From a virus: a DNA stretch of 64,000 bases. The stretch spans positions 1 to 64,000 of IMG/VR virus record IMGVR_UViG_3300036780_000209; one strand, given 5' to 3'. Below the pieces are notes generated by a model that searched no databases, was not told where the DNA came from, and saw only the letters and a list, made by a program, of their open reading frames with translations. Positions 52,038 to 62,176 of this stretch are shown piece by piece (positions within the stretch are counted from its first letter, which is position 1; each line of letters starts with the position of its first letter). Both the position numbers and the translations under genes were made by a program.

Positions 52038-52161
52038 TGTACCTGAGCCGCAGTCACCACCACGGCGCAGACGGAGCATGCCACCCCGGATGGGGCGGCA
52101 TGTTCTACTGCGCGCTGTGCGAGGCGTACTGGGACAGCCTCGACGATGATGACGAGGAGGA

Positions 52162-53277
52162 TCAGGCCAGCGCCAGCGGGGCAAGCTCGGCCAGGTCAGC
52201 CAGCCCTCCCGCAGCCTCGCCGCCCTCGGCCGCGCCGCCTGCCGCATCTCCGCCGCCGGGCAGCATGGTAGACAGGCCCTTGCCCATCAGGTAGTGCTCG
52301 GCCAGCCCGGGCGAGTGGCCTCCCCCGCCGCTGTCGCCTCCCCCGCCGCTGCTCTCGGGAGGCGGGCCGGGGTCCCCGGATACCTGGGAGTTGGTGAGCT
52401 GGTCCGGGGACAGCGCCGTCACCAGGTAACGGCCCACCACCTGGCGGGCCACCCGCTGGCACTCCGAATCGGGCAGGCCCGGGTTGGCCGCCGCGATCGA
52501 GGCGGCCACCGAGATGACCTGGCGGCGCACCGGGTCGGCCGAGGAAGTCACCTGGCCGACGCCCGCCGGGAGCTGGGGCTGCATGTCGTCCGGGCTGACG
52601 CTGGAGGGCAGGCTCGCTCCCATCGGGGCCACGGTGGTGTCTACCGAGCCCCGCCCCACCCCCATGTCCGGCGGGTCCTCGCTCAGGTAGTCAGCGGTAC
52701 GGCGCGAGGCCGACTTCTTCGGGCTGCAGCCGCACTCGCCGGGGGAACTGCCGCAGGCCTTGCACACGCCCCCCTTGAGCCTGCGCCCGCAAGGGCACCG
52801 GGTGGCGGCCGTCGCCTCGCTCACCCCGGCGGGCTGAGCCTGCCGGGGCACCGTGACCTGGGGCACGGGGCCGCCGGGTGCTCCCTGCGGCACCTCGGAG
52901 TACCCGTGGCTGAAATCAGGCCCCTCGTCATGCTCGTCGGGCTTCTCCGGGCCGCTGCCGAAGCCGCCTCCGTCCGGCACCCAGCCCAGCGGGTCCTGCC
53001 CCTCGGGCAGCGCCATCCGCTGCATCTGGGCCTCGTGGTACAGGCCGAACCGGCGGTCGGCGACCTCGGCCACCTCGTCCGGGTCCGCGCCGTACCGCAG
53101 CGCGATCGTCACCAGGCGGTCCTCCGCCATGGCCCGGCGGTGCAGGTACTCCTGCTCGGTCCTGGCCATCAGCAAGAACGGCATCACGTCCTGCAGCTCG
53201 GCATCGACCCGGGCCAGGGCGGCGGTGCGCTCCATGGCGTCGTGGTCATAGCCGGCCTCCTCCCACAGGGTGGTCAT
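52162..53277 (-). CDS. Probable virion/head-associated protein
   Basis: ATGA-coupled in a three-gene block; low-complexity linkers; shared GSGPEKPDEH motif. Confidence 0.6.
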   Translation of the reverse strand: MTTLWEEAGYDHDAMERTAALARVDAELQDVMPFLLMARTEQEYLHRRAMAEDRLVTIALRYGADPDEVAEVADRRFGLYHEAQMQRMALPEGQDPLGWVPDGGGFGSGPEKPDEHDEGPDFSHGYSEVPQGAPGGPVPQVTVPRQAQPAGVSEATAATRCPCGRRLKGGVCKACGSSPGECGCSPKKSASRRTADYLSEDPPDMGVGRGSVDTTVAPMGASLPSSVSPDDMQPQLPAGVGQVTSSADPVRRQVISVAASIAAANPGLPDSECQRVARQVVGRYLVTALSPDQLTNSQVSGDPGPPPESSGGGGDSGGGGHSPGLAEHYLMGKGLSTMLPGGGDAAGGAAEGGEAAGGLADLAELAPLALA

Positions 53278-55004
53278 GACTGCTCCCTCATCTTCGCCAG
53301 GCGGGACTGGACGACGGCGCGGAAGGCGGCCTGCCTGCCGTCATGGTGCGGGTTGCCCTGGTCAGCCGCCGCGTTCGAGTAGCCCGGGCCGGCCGCGTCG
53401 TTCGGGGCGGCCGGGGCCAGGTTGATGTTGGTGTAGCCCGGCCCGGGGCCGCTGAATCCCATCTGGGGCTTGCCGTCCGGCTTCGCCGGCTCCTGGGCCG
53501 GCCCGGCCACGTCATCGGACACCACCGGGCCGCCGCCGTGCGGCTCGGCTCCCTGGTACGGGGAGGCCCCTCCCGGGCGGCCGGGATTGCCGCGCCCGCC
53601 CGACTGGGGAGGCGTGCCGGGACCGTTGATGGGGGTCGAGCCCATCGGGTCCGGGCTGGTTCCGGGGCCGTCGGTGATGAGGTCGGTAGAGCTGCCCGCC
53701 TGGACGTACAGGCCTCGCACGAAGACGCTCGGGTTGGCCCGGGCATACCTCCGGGTAAAGCCCTCGTGAGCATCCAGGCGGTCACTCAGGACCGCGTGGA
53801 CGGACCCCAGCCGGTCATGCTCCCGGGCCCACGTTTCCTGGGCCCGGGGATTGTCGGTGATGCCCGCGTACAGCCCCGCCTCAAATGCGGCCGAGCCCTG
53901 GCTGACGAGCCTGCCGCCCTTCCAGTTCAGGGCGTACCGGTATCCCCGGGTGAAATCCGGCTGGGCGAGGGCCTGGGGGGTGACGAAGGCGGCCGAGGCA
54001 CGCAGGCTGGCCTTGGACACCTGGAACTGGGTGCCCGCCTCCTGGGCGTTCTGCGCCTGGCCGCTGTCCCCGCCGAGCGACATCGGGGTGTCCTGGGTGC
54101 CGTACTGCTGCCCGGCTGCCGCATAGCCCTCGGCGTACCCCTTGACGTACGGGCTGACCTTCGAGCTGTTGTCCATGAAAGTCGGCCGCTGCGAGGTGCG
54201 GGCGTCCTGCTGGCCCTCGCTGAACCCGGCCTGGTAGTCCCCGTCCGAGCTGTTCTGGCCCGGGGACGGCTGCGGGGTGGTCGCGGCCGAGTTGAACGGC
54301 GGGGCGAAGTCGTCCGTGGTCTGGTGCGGCCGGGTGAGCGTGTCAGCGTGGCGGCGCACGGCCTCCCTCGGGGTGCCGGCAGGCAGGTTCCGCTGGGCAG
54401 TCGCGTCGGCGTAGGCACCCATGTAGTGCTTGTGCAGGTCCGGCCGGCCGGTCATCTCGGCGTACTGCTTCTGCGTCCACGGGGTGCGCTGGCTCATGGT
54501 ATGAACCATCCCGGCCATCTCGTTGTACGAGCGCAGGTACTGCCCGTGGCCCTTGTCGCTGAAGATCGCCGAGTAGTCGCTCTTGTGGCGGGGCTGCTTG
54601 CCCTCCATGGCGTCCATGCGGCCGAACAGGCGGTGCGTGCCTCCCGAGGCCCTCATGCCGGCTTCCTTCTGCTGCTGGCCGCCCTTCGGCTGCGCGCCTC
54701 CCGGGCCGGTCTCCCACTCGCCCTGGAAAGCCGGGTTCAGCGGGAACATGCTCTCCGGGCTGAACTGGTCGGCCTGCGGGACCTCGGCATTGTTGGGGTC
54801 CACGACCTCATGCGGGTACGACAACGAGGAGGCGGCCTGCACCTCGCGCTCGGCTGCCTTCACCCAGGAGGGGGCAGCGGCCGTGCGGGGAGCCAGGCCG
54901 CCCTCGGCCCGGTGCTTGACGTACCCGCAGTATGCCTTCGCGTCGCCCTTGTCCCCGTTGGCGGAAACGCAGGCGTCGAAGTTCTCATAACCGGCGAACG
55001 GCAC
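53274..55004 (-). CDS. Probable virion/head-associated protein
   Basis: PFAGYENFDACV...KAYCG N-terminal module; Y..GY..G repeats. Confidence 0.6.
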   Translation of the reverse strand: MPFAGYENFDACVSANGDKGDAKAYCGYVKHRAEGGLAPRTAAAPSWVKAAEREVQAASSLSYPHEVVDPNNAEVPQADQFSPESMFPLNPAFQGEWETGPGGAQPKGGQQQKEAGMRASGGTHRLFGRMDAMEGKQPRHKSDYSAIFSDKGHGQYLRSYNEMAGMVHTMSQRTPWTQKQYAEMTGRPDLHKHYMGAYADATAQRNLPAGTPREAVRRHADTLTRPHQTTDDFAPPFNSAATTPQPSPGQNSSDGDYQAGFSEGQQDARTSQRPTFMDNSSKVSPYVKGYAEGYAAAGQQYGTQDTPMSLGGDSGQAQNAQEAGTQFQVSKASLRASAAFVTPQALAQPDFTRGYRYALNWKGGRLVSQGSAAFEAGLYAGITDNPRAQETWAREHDRLGSVHAVLSDRLDAHEGFTRRYARANPSVFVRGLYVQAGSSTDLITDGPGTSPDPMGSTPINGPGTPPQSGGRGNPGRPGGASPYQGAEPHGGGPVVSDDVAGPAQEPAKPDGKPQMGFSGPGPGYTNINLAPAAPNDAAGPGYSNAAADQGNPHHDGRQAAFRAVVQSRLAKMREQS

Positions 55005-55012
55005 GGAAAACC

Positions 55013-56251
55013 TCAGCTCTCATCGGACTTCTTGCAGGCCGCGATCACCGGGCGGACCACCGCGAGGAACCCGTGCAGCACGGCCGCGTCGTCGGCCTCG
55101 CGGGCCGACCCGGCATAAGCGGTCACCAGGCGGTTGTGATGGGCCACGAGATCGGACGAAGTCCGGGAAGCGGCGATCACCCGCCGTCCCTCCTGCATGC
55201 CGACGTGCTCCAGGGCAACGCTCCGGGCCACGTCCTCGTAGCTCTGCGAGTAGCCGACGGCCACCGAGGCGGTGTGCTCCGTGCCGCAGCGCTCGTCCGG
55301 CCAGTGCTCGGCGCGGCACGCCACGTGGAAAGGAGCCTCGGCGTAGGCGGAGCCGGTGACCCACCGGAAGCCGGCCTTGTCCGGGACGCTCCACGACGCG
55401 GCCCGGTTCTGCAGGTGATCGCTGTCAGCCACCTGATCCGTCCCCGCGACCGGGTTCGGGGTGGCCGGGCCGCCCTGCTGGGAGACGGGAGCCGGGGCGG
55501 CGGGGATGGTACCCGGCGGCCCGAGCGGCACTTCGGCGTAGCTGTTCGAGGTGTCGAAGCCGGTGGTGTGCTCATCGGGCTTCTCCGGCCCGGACCCGAA
55601 GCCCGAGCCGCCGCCGTCCTGCTGCTCGACCTGCTGGATCAGCGGGGCGCTCTCGCTGCTGATCGCGCTGGCGTGGTTGTCGCTTTCCACCCCGCCGTTG
55701 TAGTCGTTGACCTCGGGAGCGAAGTTGTCGAAGACCTGGCCCGGCATCGGGGTAGCGGACGGCTGGTTGTCCGGGTCGATCGTCTGCTGGATCTGGGGCA
55801 GGCCGGAGGCCGCCCCCTTCTGCAGGGCGGCCGACAGGATCGCGACGCCGCTCAGGAACTCGTTCCTGGCAGCGGCGGCATGCTCTCCGTACCGGCCGGC
55901 CAGGGACGCGGCACGGCCGTAAGCCTGCGCCGTGAACTCCTCCTGGTCATGCAGGACAGCCTGGTCGAGCCCCTGGATCCACGCCGACGCCTCGGCGATC
56001 ATCGGCACCCGGTAGTCGGCCGGTGCCTCGTAGTCCGCCAGCCAGTCGGTCGCGGCCGTGTGGTGCTCGTGGACGGGGACCGGGGTGAGCGCGGCGGTGA
56101 CGTGGCGGGCGGCCATGTCCAGCTCGCGGGACTGGGCATGCACCTGACGGCGCTGCCCGTCGAAGGTGTCGAGGGCGGCGACGGCGGATGCCAGGACCCG
56201 CCCGTCGTGCGCCTCCTGGATGGCCCTCACGAGCGTGGCGCGTTCCGTCAT
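55013..56251 (-). CDS. Probable virion/head-associated protein
   Basis: AGGAGG RBS; HHTAATDWL; shared GSGPEKPDEH motif. Confidence 0.6.
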   Translation of the reverse strand: MTERATLVRAIQEAHDGRVLASAVAALDTFDGQRRQVHAQSRELDMAARHVTAALTPVPVHEHHTAATDWLADYEAPADYRVPMIAEASAWIQGLDQAVLHDQEEFTAQAYGRAASLAGRYGEHAAAARNEFLSGVAILSAALQKGAASGLPQIQQTIDPDNQPSATPMPGQVFDNFAPEVNDYNGGVESDNHASAISSESAPLIQQVEQQDGGGSGFGSGPEKPDEHTTGFDTSNSYAEVPLGPPGTIPAAPAPVSQQGGPATPNPVAGTDQVADSDHLQNRAASWSVPDKAGFRWVTGSAYAEAPFHVACRAEHWPDERCGTEHTASVAVGYSQSYEDVARSVALEHVGMQEGRRVIAASRTSSDLVAHHNRLVTAYAGSAREADDAAVLHGFLAVVRPVIAACKKSDES

Positions 56252-56299
56252 AACCAGCCTCCTGCCGCTTGTCTGAACCTTCCCGGGGAGGAGAAGGGA

Positions 56300-57069
56300 T
56301 CAGCCAGTGATGACGGAAATGATCGCGGAGAGGTCACGGTTCTTCACCGGGGGAGTGCGGCCGACATCCATGTAATCCAGCCACAGGCCCGCCACCTCGG
56401 GAGCGGACAGCCCGGCTGCGACCCGGGCCGGGCTCCAGCCGGTGATGCGGCCGTACCAGTGCATCGGCCCGAGCGCCTTGTCCGGCCGGCGCACCGGGGC
56501 GAACGGCAAGCCCGACTGGCACGCCTGGTTCACCAGGTCCCGGAGCTGTGCCCGGCTCAGCATGATCCGGCCGCCGGCCTCTAGCTGGGCCACGGCGACC
56601 TCCAGGGCAGTGCGGCCCCGGGCGGTCTTGTGCTTGTCCTCGGCAGCCTGGCGGGCGCAACTGAGGTGACGCCCGTAGAGCATCTCCTCGCCGAGGATGA
56701 TCTCCTCGCCGCAGGACGGGCAGGCCAGCCCGGTTTCCCAGCATGTCGTCAGCATCATCCCCTCCGTAACTTCCGGGGGGAGACGCCGGGTCAGGCGGGA
56801 GCGGGTTCCTCATCCTCTTCGAGCGTGATGCCGTGAGCAGCCAGGATGCCCCCTGCGATCTCGGCCCGGCGCACCTGGCGGGCACTGCGCAGGAAGTCCA
56901 TGCCCTTGTGCCAGAGCTGGGAGTCCGGGGCATCGATCTTGAGCAGCTCGTAGATGCGGTCCAGGGCCTCCAGGCCGGCGATCCGGGCATGCAGCTCGGC
57001 GGGCCAGGCCCCCACCTCTACCAGGTCGAAGTCATTTTCCTTGCTCGGCTCGGCGTCAGGCACCGGCAA
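56300..57069 (-). CDS. Two hypothetical proteins (56791-57069, 56300-56758)
   Basis: RBSs and GC3 bias. Confidence 0.55.
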
Positions 57070-57647
57070 CTCCCGTCAGGCTCATCAGGCCGCGCAGGAT
57101 GCGGGCCTCCGCTTCCACGGAATGGAACGTGAAAGCGGGATGGTACAACGGCACCAGGCCGCACGAGTAACCGCTCTCCGGCGACTTCCAGGTCATCCTC
57201 TTGCCCTCCAGCTCGGCCAGGGACCCGCCGGGCACGAGGGCTCGCAGCGCCACGCCGCCCAGGGACACGATCATCGCGGGTCGCACCAGGTCCAGCTCGG
57301 CATGGAGACAGGGGCGGCTGGCCATGATCTCGTACGGGTACGGCGTGCGGTTGCCCGGGGGCCGGTACTTCACCACGTTGGTGATGTAGCAGAACTGGCG
57401 CGGGATGCCGGCCCGGCTCAGGAGGCGGTTCAGGACATCCCCGGCGGCCCCCACGAAGGGCTTGCCGCGCTCGGCCTCCTCACGGCCGGGGGCCTCGCCG
57501 ACGAGCGCCAGCGGGGCGCTCAGGAGCCCGCAGGGGCCTACTAGCGGAGACCCGGCAGCGAGCGGGGCGAGCAGGGGCTGCTGCCGGTAGCTGGCTAGTG
57601 CCTGGGCGAGTACCGCTGCCGGGTCCGGCGCTTCCTCAGGTTCCACG
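57056..57647 (-). CDS. Uracil-DNA glycosylase, family 4 (start uncertain)
   Basis: VGEAPG...PFVG, TNVVKYRPPGNRTP and YHPA motifs. Confidence 0.9.
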
Positions 57648-58250
57648 TGATCAGCCACCAGGTCCGGGCTAGCAGGGAGGTCATGGCAAGGGAGATGAAG
57701 AGCAACGCGCAGAATACCGCGATCACGATGGCGGCGAGGAGAACTATCTCGACTCCGGTCACCGGGCGGAAGAAGAAGCACAGCTCCGCCGTGACGAGAG
57801 CCAGCATCAGCGCGGTGAAGGCGAGCGGCGGCCCTTTCCTGCGCGGCAGATCGTCGCGGATGACAGGGATGGGCTCGGTGGGCTCATCCCCGCTCATGCT
57901 GCGCGAGCCGCCTTCTTCGCCGTCTCGGCGCGGGCTTCGAGCACCACCTTGCGGATCTTCGCGCCAGGGTCCTCCAGGACAAGGCCGCCGCCGGAGCGGT
58001 GCCGCACCAGGAATCCCAGCTCGGTACGCCGGACGGGGTTCCAGGATCCGTCGGCCACGGCGGCATTATGAGCCTGCTGCCGCGCCAGGTCCGCCAGCTC
58101 CCAGGGCGTCGGGTCCTTGGCAGTGCGTCTCTTCCGGTTTGCCTGCTCACGGGCACGCTGGGCCTCGATCCGGCGCAGCTTGGCTGCGCTCGGCCCGGCG
58201 GGACGGACAACCTTCGCAGAAGCCGCCTTCGGCTTCTGGTTCTTCGCCAT
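57595..58250 (-). CDS. Basic hypothetical protein (57894-58250) and 2-TM membrane protein (57595-57897)
   Basis: ATGA overlap; hydrophobic helices. Confidence 0.55.
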
Positions 58251-59124
58251 GAGGCAGGAACTTCCTTCCTGGAGCAATGAGAGGCCCGGCCGCCTGCGGG
58301 GGGGGTTGCGGGCGGCCGGGCGATCCCGGGGGCAACTCGGCTGGGGTGGCAGCCGGTACAGGCAGCCTCCGGGAGAACTGCGCAGGACCCTCACGTTACT
58401 ACAAGGAAGCCTGCATGGTCAACGGCTAATTCCGGTTTCCCGTCATGAGGATCTGCATCCTCAGCTCCATGGAGTTCAGGCGCAGCTCAAGGTCGCGCAT
58501 CCGGTCTTCCAGGACCTTCTCCCGGGACCTGGCCCCAGCCTCAGCCCAGGCAACGGCAGTGCCCGGATCGTTGATGCAGCCGCACTGAACGCACATTACG
58601 GCTTGATCTCCGCGAACGGGTCATCGAACGTGGAGAGCTTCTCCCAGCCCGGGTGAGCGGCCTCCCACGCCTCGCGGATCCGCACCGTCTCGGCTACCGA
58701 CGGAGACGCGCACGGCCCGGGGTGGTGCTCCTGGATCTCGCACAGGTGCGCTACCGGCTCGACCTGCACCGGGATCCGGCACTTGCGCTTCGGGTACTCC
58801 GCCCAGCTAGCCATCCAGCAGCACCGACCTGACGGCCTCGTACACGGCCTCGCAGATCTCCTCGACGATCTTGCGGTCGTCGATCCCGTCGAGGATGCCC
58901 TTGCGGCTGTTCAGCTCGTCATAGACAGCCTGCGCCCCTACTGTCATCAGTGGCCGATCCTCCCGCAGTGATACAGCTTCCAGAGTGTCATGTGATCCTT
59001 GAACACGGCCGCATGGCAGGTGACCGCGCCCTCGAAGCCGATGTTGCCGTGGCCGCCCCGGTAGATGCCCACAGTAAACGTGTGGGGGATTGCGCCCATC
59101 AGCATGAGGATCGTGTGGCTCATG

Positions 59125-61593
59125 TCAGTTCCTTCCGAGCGGAATGGACTCCCAGCGTCCGCCCCGACAGTACCAAATTTCCCCGACAGGCCACTTCATC
59201 TTCTTCACCTGCGGCAGGAAGCGCACGGGCTGCTTGCTGTAGGCGAGCGTGATGTGCGGGAGGAAGCCATGCTTGGCCGGGATGGCCGAGATGCCGTGCC
59301 CCTTCAGGAAATCCAGGAGACTGCCGTGGATCTCGTGGCCGCCGGGGATGTCCACCAGGGCGTGCAGGGCATGGTTGCCCTTGTTCGCGAAAGTGCCGGA
59401 CCCCTGGGTCGTGGCCTCGAACGGCCGCTGGGTCTTGGCCCACTGGCGCACCAGGTCCTCCAGCTTGCCGAGCTGCCTCTCAGGATGATCATCTTCCTCG
59501 CCCAGGTAGAGCAAGGTGATGTGCATCTTGGAGCGCGCCTCAGTCTCGTGCCGCAACGGCTTCATGATGTCCCGCAGGTGGTCGAGCACCTCAGCGGGAG
59601 GCACGATCGCCACCATCATCGACTTGCTGATGCCGTCGGCCCCGTCACGGGAGGGGACCGTGCGGACGGCCGCCGTGCTCGGCGCGAACGGCTGGGTGGT
59701 CTCGACATGCCTGATCACCGTCGCGCCCGGAGCCATGTACTGCCGCAGGCCGGCCGGGTGCGTCATGTTCCCGAGGTGCCCGTGGGGCTCGACCTCGTGG
59801 ATGTGGTGCCTGCCGATCGTCTCGGCCCACTCGCGTGCCGTGCCCAGGTCTCCCGACATGTAAATCCGGCCGCCAGGATGCGGCGCGGTCAGCTCCGTTC
59901 CCGGTTCCAGCATCTCCGCTGAGGCATGGAAGAGCCGCTCTGGCCGCTGAGCAGCCGCCTCCCTGGGGATCCCCAGGTGCTCGTAGTCGGCTGCGCCGCG
60001 CCCGCTGTGCCTGATGGTGATGGTGCGGTCCATCGGGTGCCACTCCCACCCGGGGTCCGGCTTGACCGCGCCGGGGGCCGACGGGTCGCGTTTCATGTCC
60101 TCGCGAGGGTAGCGGAGGTGACCGGGGGCCTCGGTGTCGTCGCCTCCGGGGTGGTGCCAGACGTAAGCACCGTGCAGCTTCACCTGCGCCCCGGGGCGGA
60201 ACCGCACCTCGGCCTCGCTGTCCAGGGACCTGTGCTGGCCGTACCAGATCGGGTGGTCACGGGGGAAGTGCTGGTCCGGGTGATCCACCTGGCCCTGCCA
60301 GAGCACGACCTTCTTTCCCGGCCAGGCATACCCCTTGATGGCCATGTCGGGGTCAGCCGTCCAGTGCATGCCGGTGGTAGCGTGCTCCAGGTCCTCTCCT
60401 GCAGGACGGTGCTCCCCCCGCCAGACGTGCGTGCCGGGCTCGGGGTTCTTCGCCACCTCCAGGAAATGGCGCCGGATTCCCCGCCACCCTTCGGGCTCGT
60501 CATACCGCTGGAAGACGGCCCTCTGGGCAGGCGGGAGGTCCTCGTCCCGGAAGGAGGCTGTCTTGCCCTTGGCGTACCACTCGTCGCAGGTGTAGTCGAA
60601 CATGATGCCGCCCTTGACCAGGGTGCAGCTTCCGGGCTCCGAATCACCCGGCGCGGGGCGGAACATGACGCAGCTCCCGCAGCGCTTCTCCCCCTCGGCC
60701 GGGCGGTAATTCACCTGGCCCTTGTTCTTCCTGCGAGCTGCCCATTTGCCCCTGAACGGATCATCATGCTCGCCCCGGCGCATATATGCCTTGTATTCCT
60801 CGGGGAATTGCTGCCTGCGCGTATTACGCCAGTGATCACTGTCCCTGAGATGGCTCTCGCTGTCCTCCGGCCAGTAGTCCCCGTGCTCTGGAGTGCGGAC
60901 GTAAGGGATGCCCTTCCCGAGCTTCCACGCAGAAACCAGGCGGTGATGACCCTGGCCGACTTCCCATTCGCCCTCTCCGTGGTGGGCAATCTCAACCGGG
61001 TGCGTCACTCCGTGCTGGCGGACATGATCAGTCAGCTCAGCCATGTACTTCGGTTCCCGGTGATGCAGTGCCTCGGAAACATAACTGATGTCCCGGCCCG
61101 GGTAATCACTGAAAGTGAGCTTGCCGAATTCATGAGGATGAAGAGTGCCGCTCTCGCCTTCGTCCTCGTCAGGATCCTGTATCGAGCCCGTGCTCGAAAA
61201 GAGCAGCGCACGCAGCTTGCCCAGCAGGTTATGGGGGTGCTGGTCGAGGTACTTCTCGATGACGTTGCCCGGGTCGGACCACCCTTCGCCTTCCCCGCTG
61301 AACGCCTCCGAGCGCATGTCGTGGATGTACTGCCACAGGGACCTGGCCTGGCGGGTGCGCTGGGGCTCGTCGAGCTTGAGGATCGCCCGGAGCTGGGCAG
61401 CGACGGCACGGGCCTCGGTGAGGAGCGCGGGGTGGAAGTCAGCCGCGCTGTGCTCGGGCAGATCAGGAGGTTCCACTGCCCAAGTGTTATTCGTCAGATC
61501 ATAAGCGGCATAGGGCTTGATCTGCCGGATATCATAGGCATCGTGGTTAACGTACCAGGTCATATCAAAAGAGTCACGCGCTCGCTGTGGCAT
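59125..61593 (-). CDS. Polyvalent protein, C-terminal part: C-lobe of pol-beta nucleotidyltransferase, ParB-like, HiPIP-like, two ART-like domains, 2H phosphoesterase
   Basis: TWYVN...DIRQIKPYAAYDL; GQGHHRL; YRPA..KRCGSCVMF...C...C..W; VWRG...MHWT...SEAEV; LFHAS...IYMS...HEVEP; HITL...HITL. AAGGAG RBS + ATG 61593. Confidence 0.8.
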   Translation of the reverse strand: MPQRARDSFDMTWYVNHDAYDIRQIKPYAAYDLTNNTWAVEPPDLPEHSAADFHPALLTEARAVAAQLRAILKLDEPQRTRQARSLWQYIHDMRSEAFSGEGEGWSDPGNVIEKYLDQHPHNLLGKLRALLFSSTGSIQDPDEDEGESGTLHPHEFGKLTFSDYPGRDISYVSEALHHREPKYMAELTDHVRQHGVTHPVEIAHHGEGEWEVGQGHHRLVSAWKLGKGIPYVRTPEHGDYWPEDSESHLRDSDHWRNTRRQQFPEEYKAYMRRGEHDDPFRGKWAARRKNKGQVNYRPAEGEKRCGSCVMFRPAPGDSEPGSCTLVKGGIMFDYTCDEWYAKGKTASFRDEDLPPAQRAVFQRYDEPEGWRGIRRHFLEVAKNPEPGTHVWRGEHRPAGEDLEHATTGMHWTADPDMAIKGYAWPGKKVVLWQGQVDHPDQHFPRDHPIWYGQHRSLDSEAEVRFRPGAQVKLHGAYVWHHPGGDDTEAPGHLRYPREDMKRDPSAPGAVKPDPGWEWHPMDRTITIRHSGRGAADYEHLGIPREAAAQRPERLFHASAEMLEPGTELTAPHPGGRIYMSGDLGTAREWAETIGRHHIHEVEPHGHLGNMTHPAGLRQYMAPGATVIRHVETTQPFAPSTAAVRTVPSRDGADGISKSMMVAIVPPAEVLDHLRDIMKPLRHETEARSKMHITLLYLGEEDDHPERQLGKLEDLVRQWAKTQRPFEATTQGSGTFANKGNHALHALVDIPGGHEIHGSLLDFLKGHGISAIPAKHGFLPHITLAYSKQPVRFLPQVKKMKWPVGEIWYCRGGRWESIPLGRN

Positions 61594-62176
61594 CACGCTG
61601 CTCCTTCTGCTTGGCACGGATACGTCTCTTAGATTCCCGCTCTATATGACGCCTGTGCTCCGGATCCTGGGCTCTTTGCTTTGCATGATCAGCAAGAATA
61701 GCTTCCTTATTCCGATCATAAAACCCCGTCTTAGACTCCCTCGCGCATTTCCGGCAATTCCGTCTTCCATCCTTGAGGAAGAAGTACTCACAGCCATGCT
61801 TAGGGCATCTTTCCTTGCGCGAATTCCTATGCGTGCCATGCCTGACTGAATCCAGCATGTTCTCGCTCTTGGTGCCCCACTCAAGATTACTAGGAGAGTT
61901 ATCTTGATTTTCGCCATTAAGATGACGAGCTTCGAACTCGTCAGGGCACGGACCGTTAACTGCCTCGCAGACGAGTTGGTGGATATATCCACGGGTAATT
62001 TCGCCCTCACGTGACATAGCTATATAGAGGTAACCCTTCCTGTCAGCTTGCAGCTTCAAGAAGTTGCCGCCACGGAGCCCGCGCCGTGTCTGCCGGGGGA
62101 GGCTCCGAGCGCGCCCGCAGCTAGACACCTCGTACAGCTCCTCCCAGTCCCTGACCGGAAACCAGATCTCGGTCAT
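61574..62176 (-). CDS. NUMOD4-HNH homing endonuclease inserted in the polyvalent gene
   Basis: EIWFPVRDWEELYEVSSCGRARS; IHQLV...ARHLNG...DNSPSNLEWGTKSEN; AGGAG RBS inside the upstream ORF. Confidence 0.92.
   Translation of the reverse strand: MTEIWFPVRDWEELYEVSSCGRARSLPRQTRRGLRGGNFLKLQADRKGYLYIAMSREGEITRGYIHQLVCEAVNGPCPDEFEARHLNGENQDNSPSNLEWGTKSENMLDSVRHGTHRNSRKERCPKHGCEYFFLKDGRRNCRKCARESKTGFYDRNKEAILADHAKQRAQDPEHRRHIERESKRRIRAKQKEQRDATASA

Noticed and set aside
61574-62176. Group I intron or intein around the HNH
   Set aside because: The HNH ORF overlaps both host fragments, leaving no space for a ribozyme core. It is out of frame with the host gene and lacks intein C/S...HN termini.
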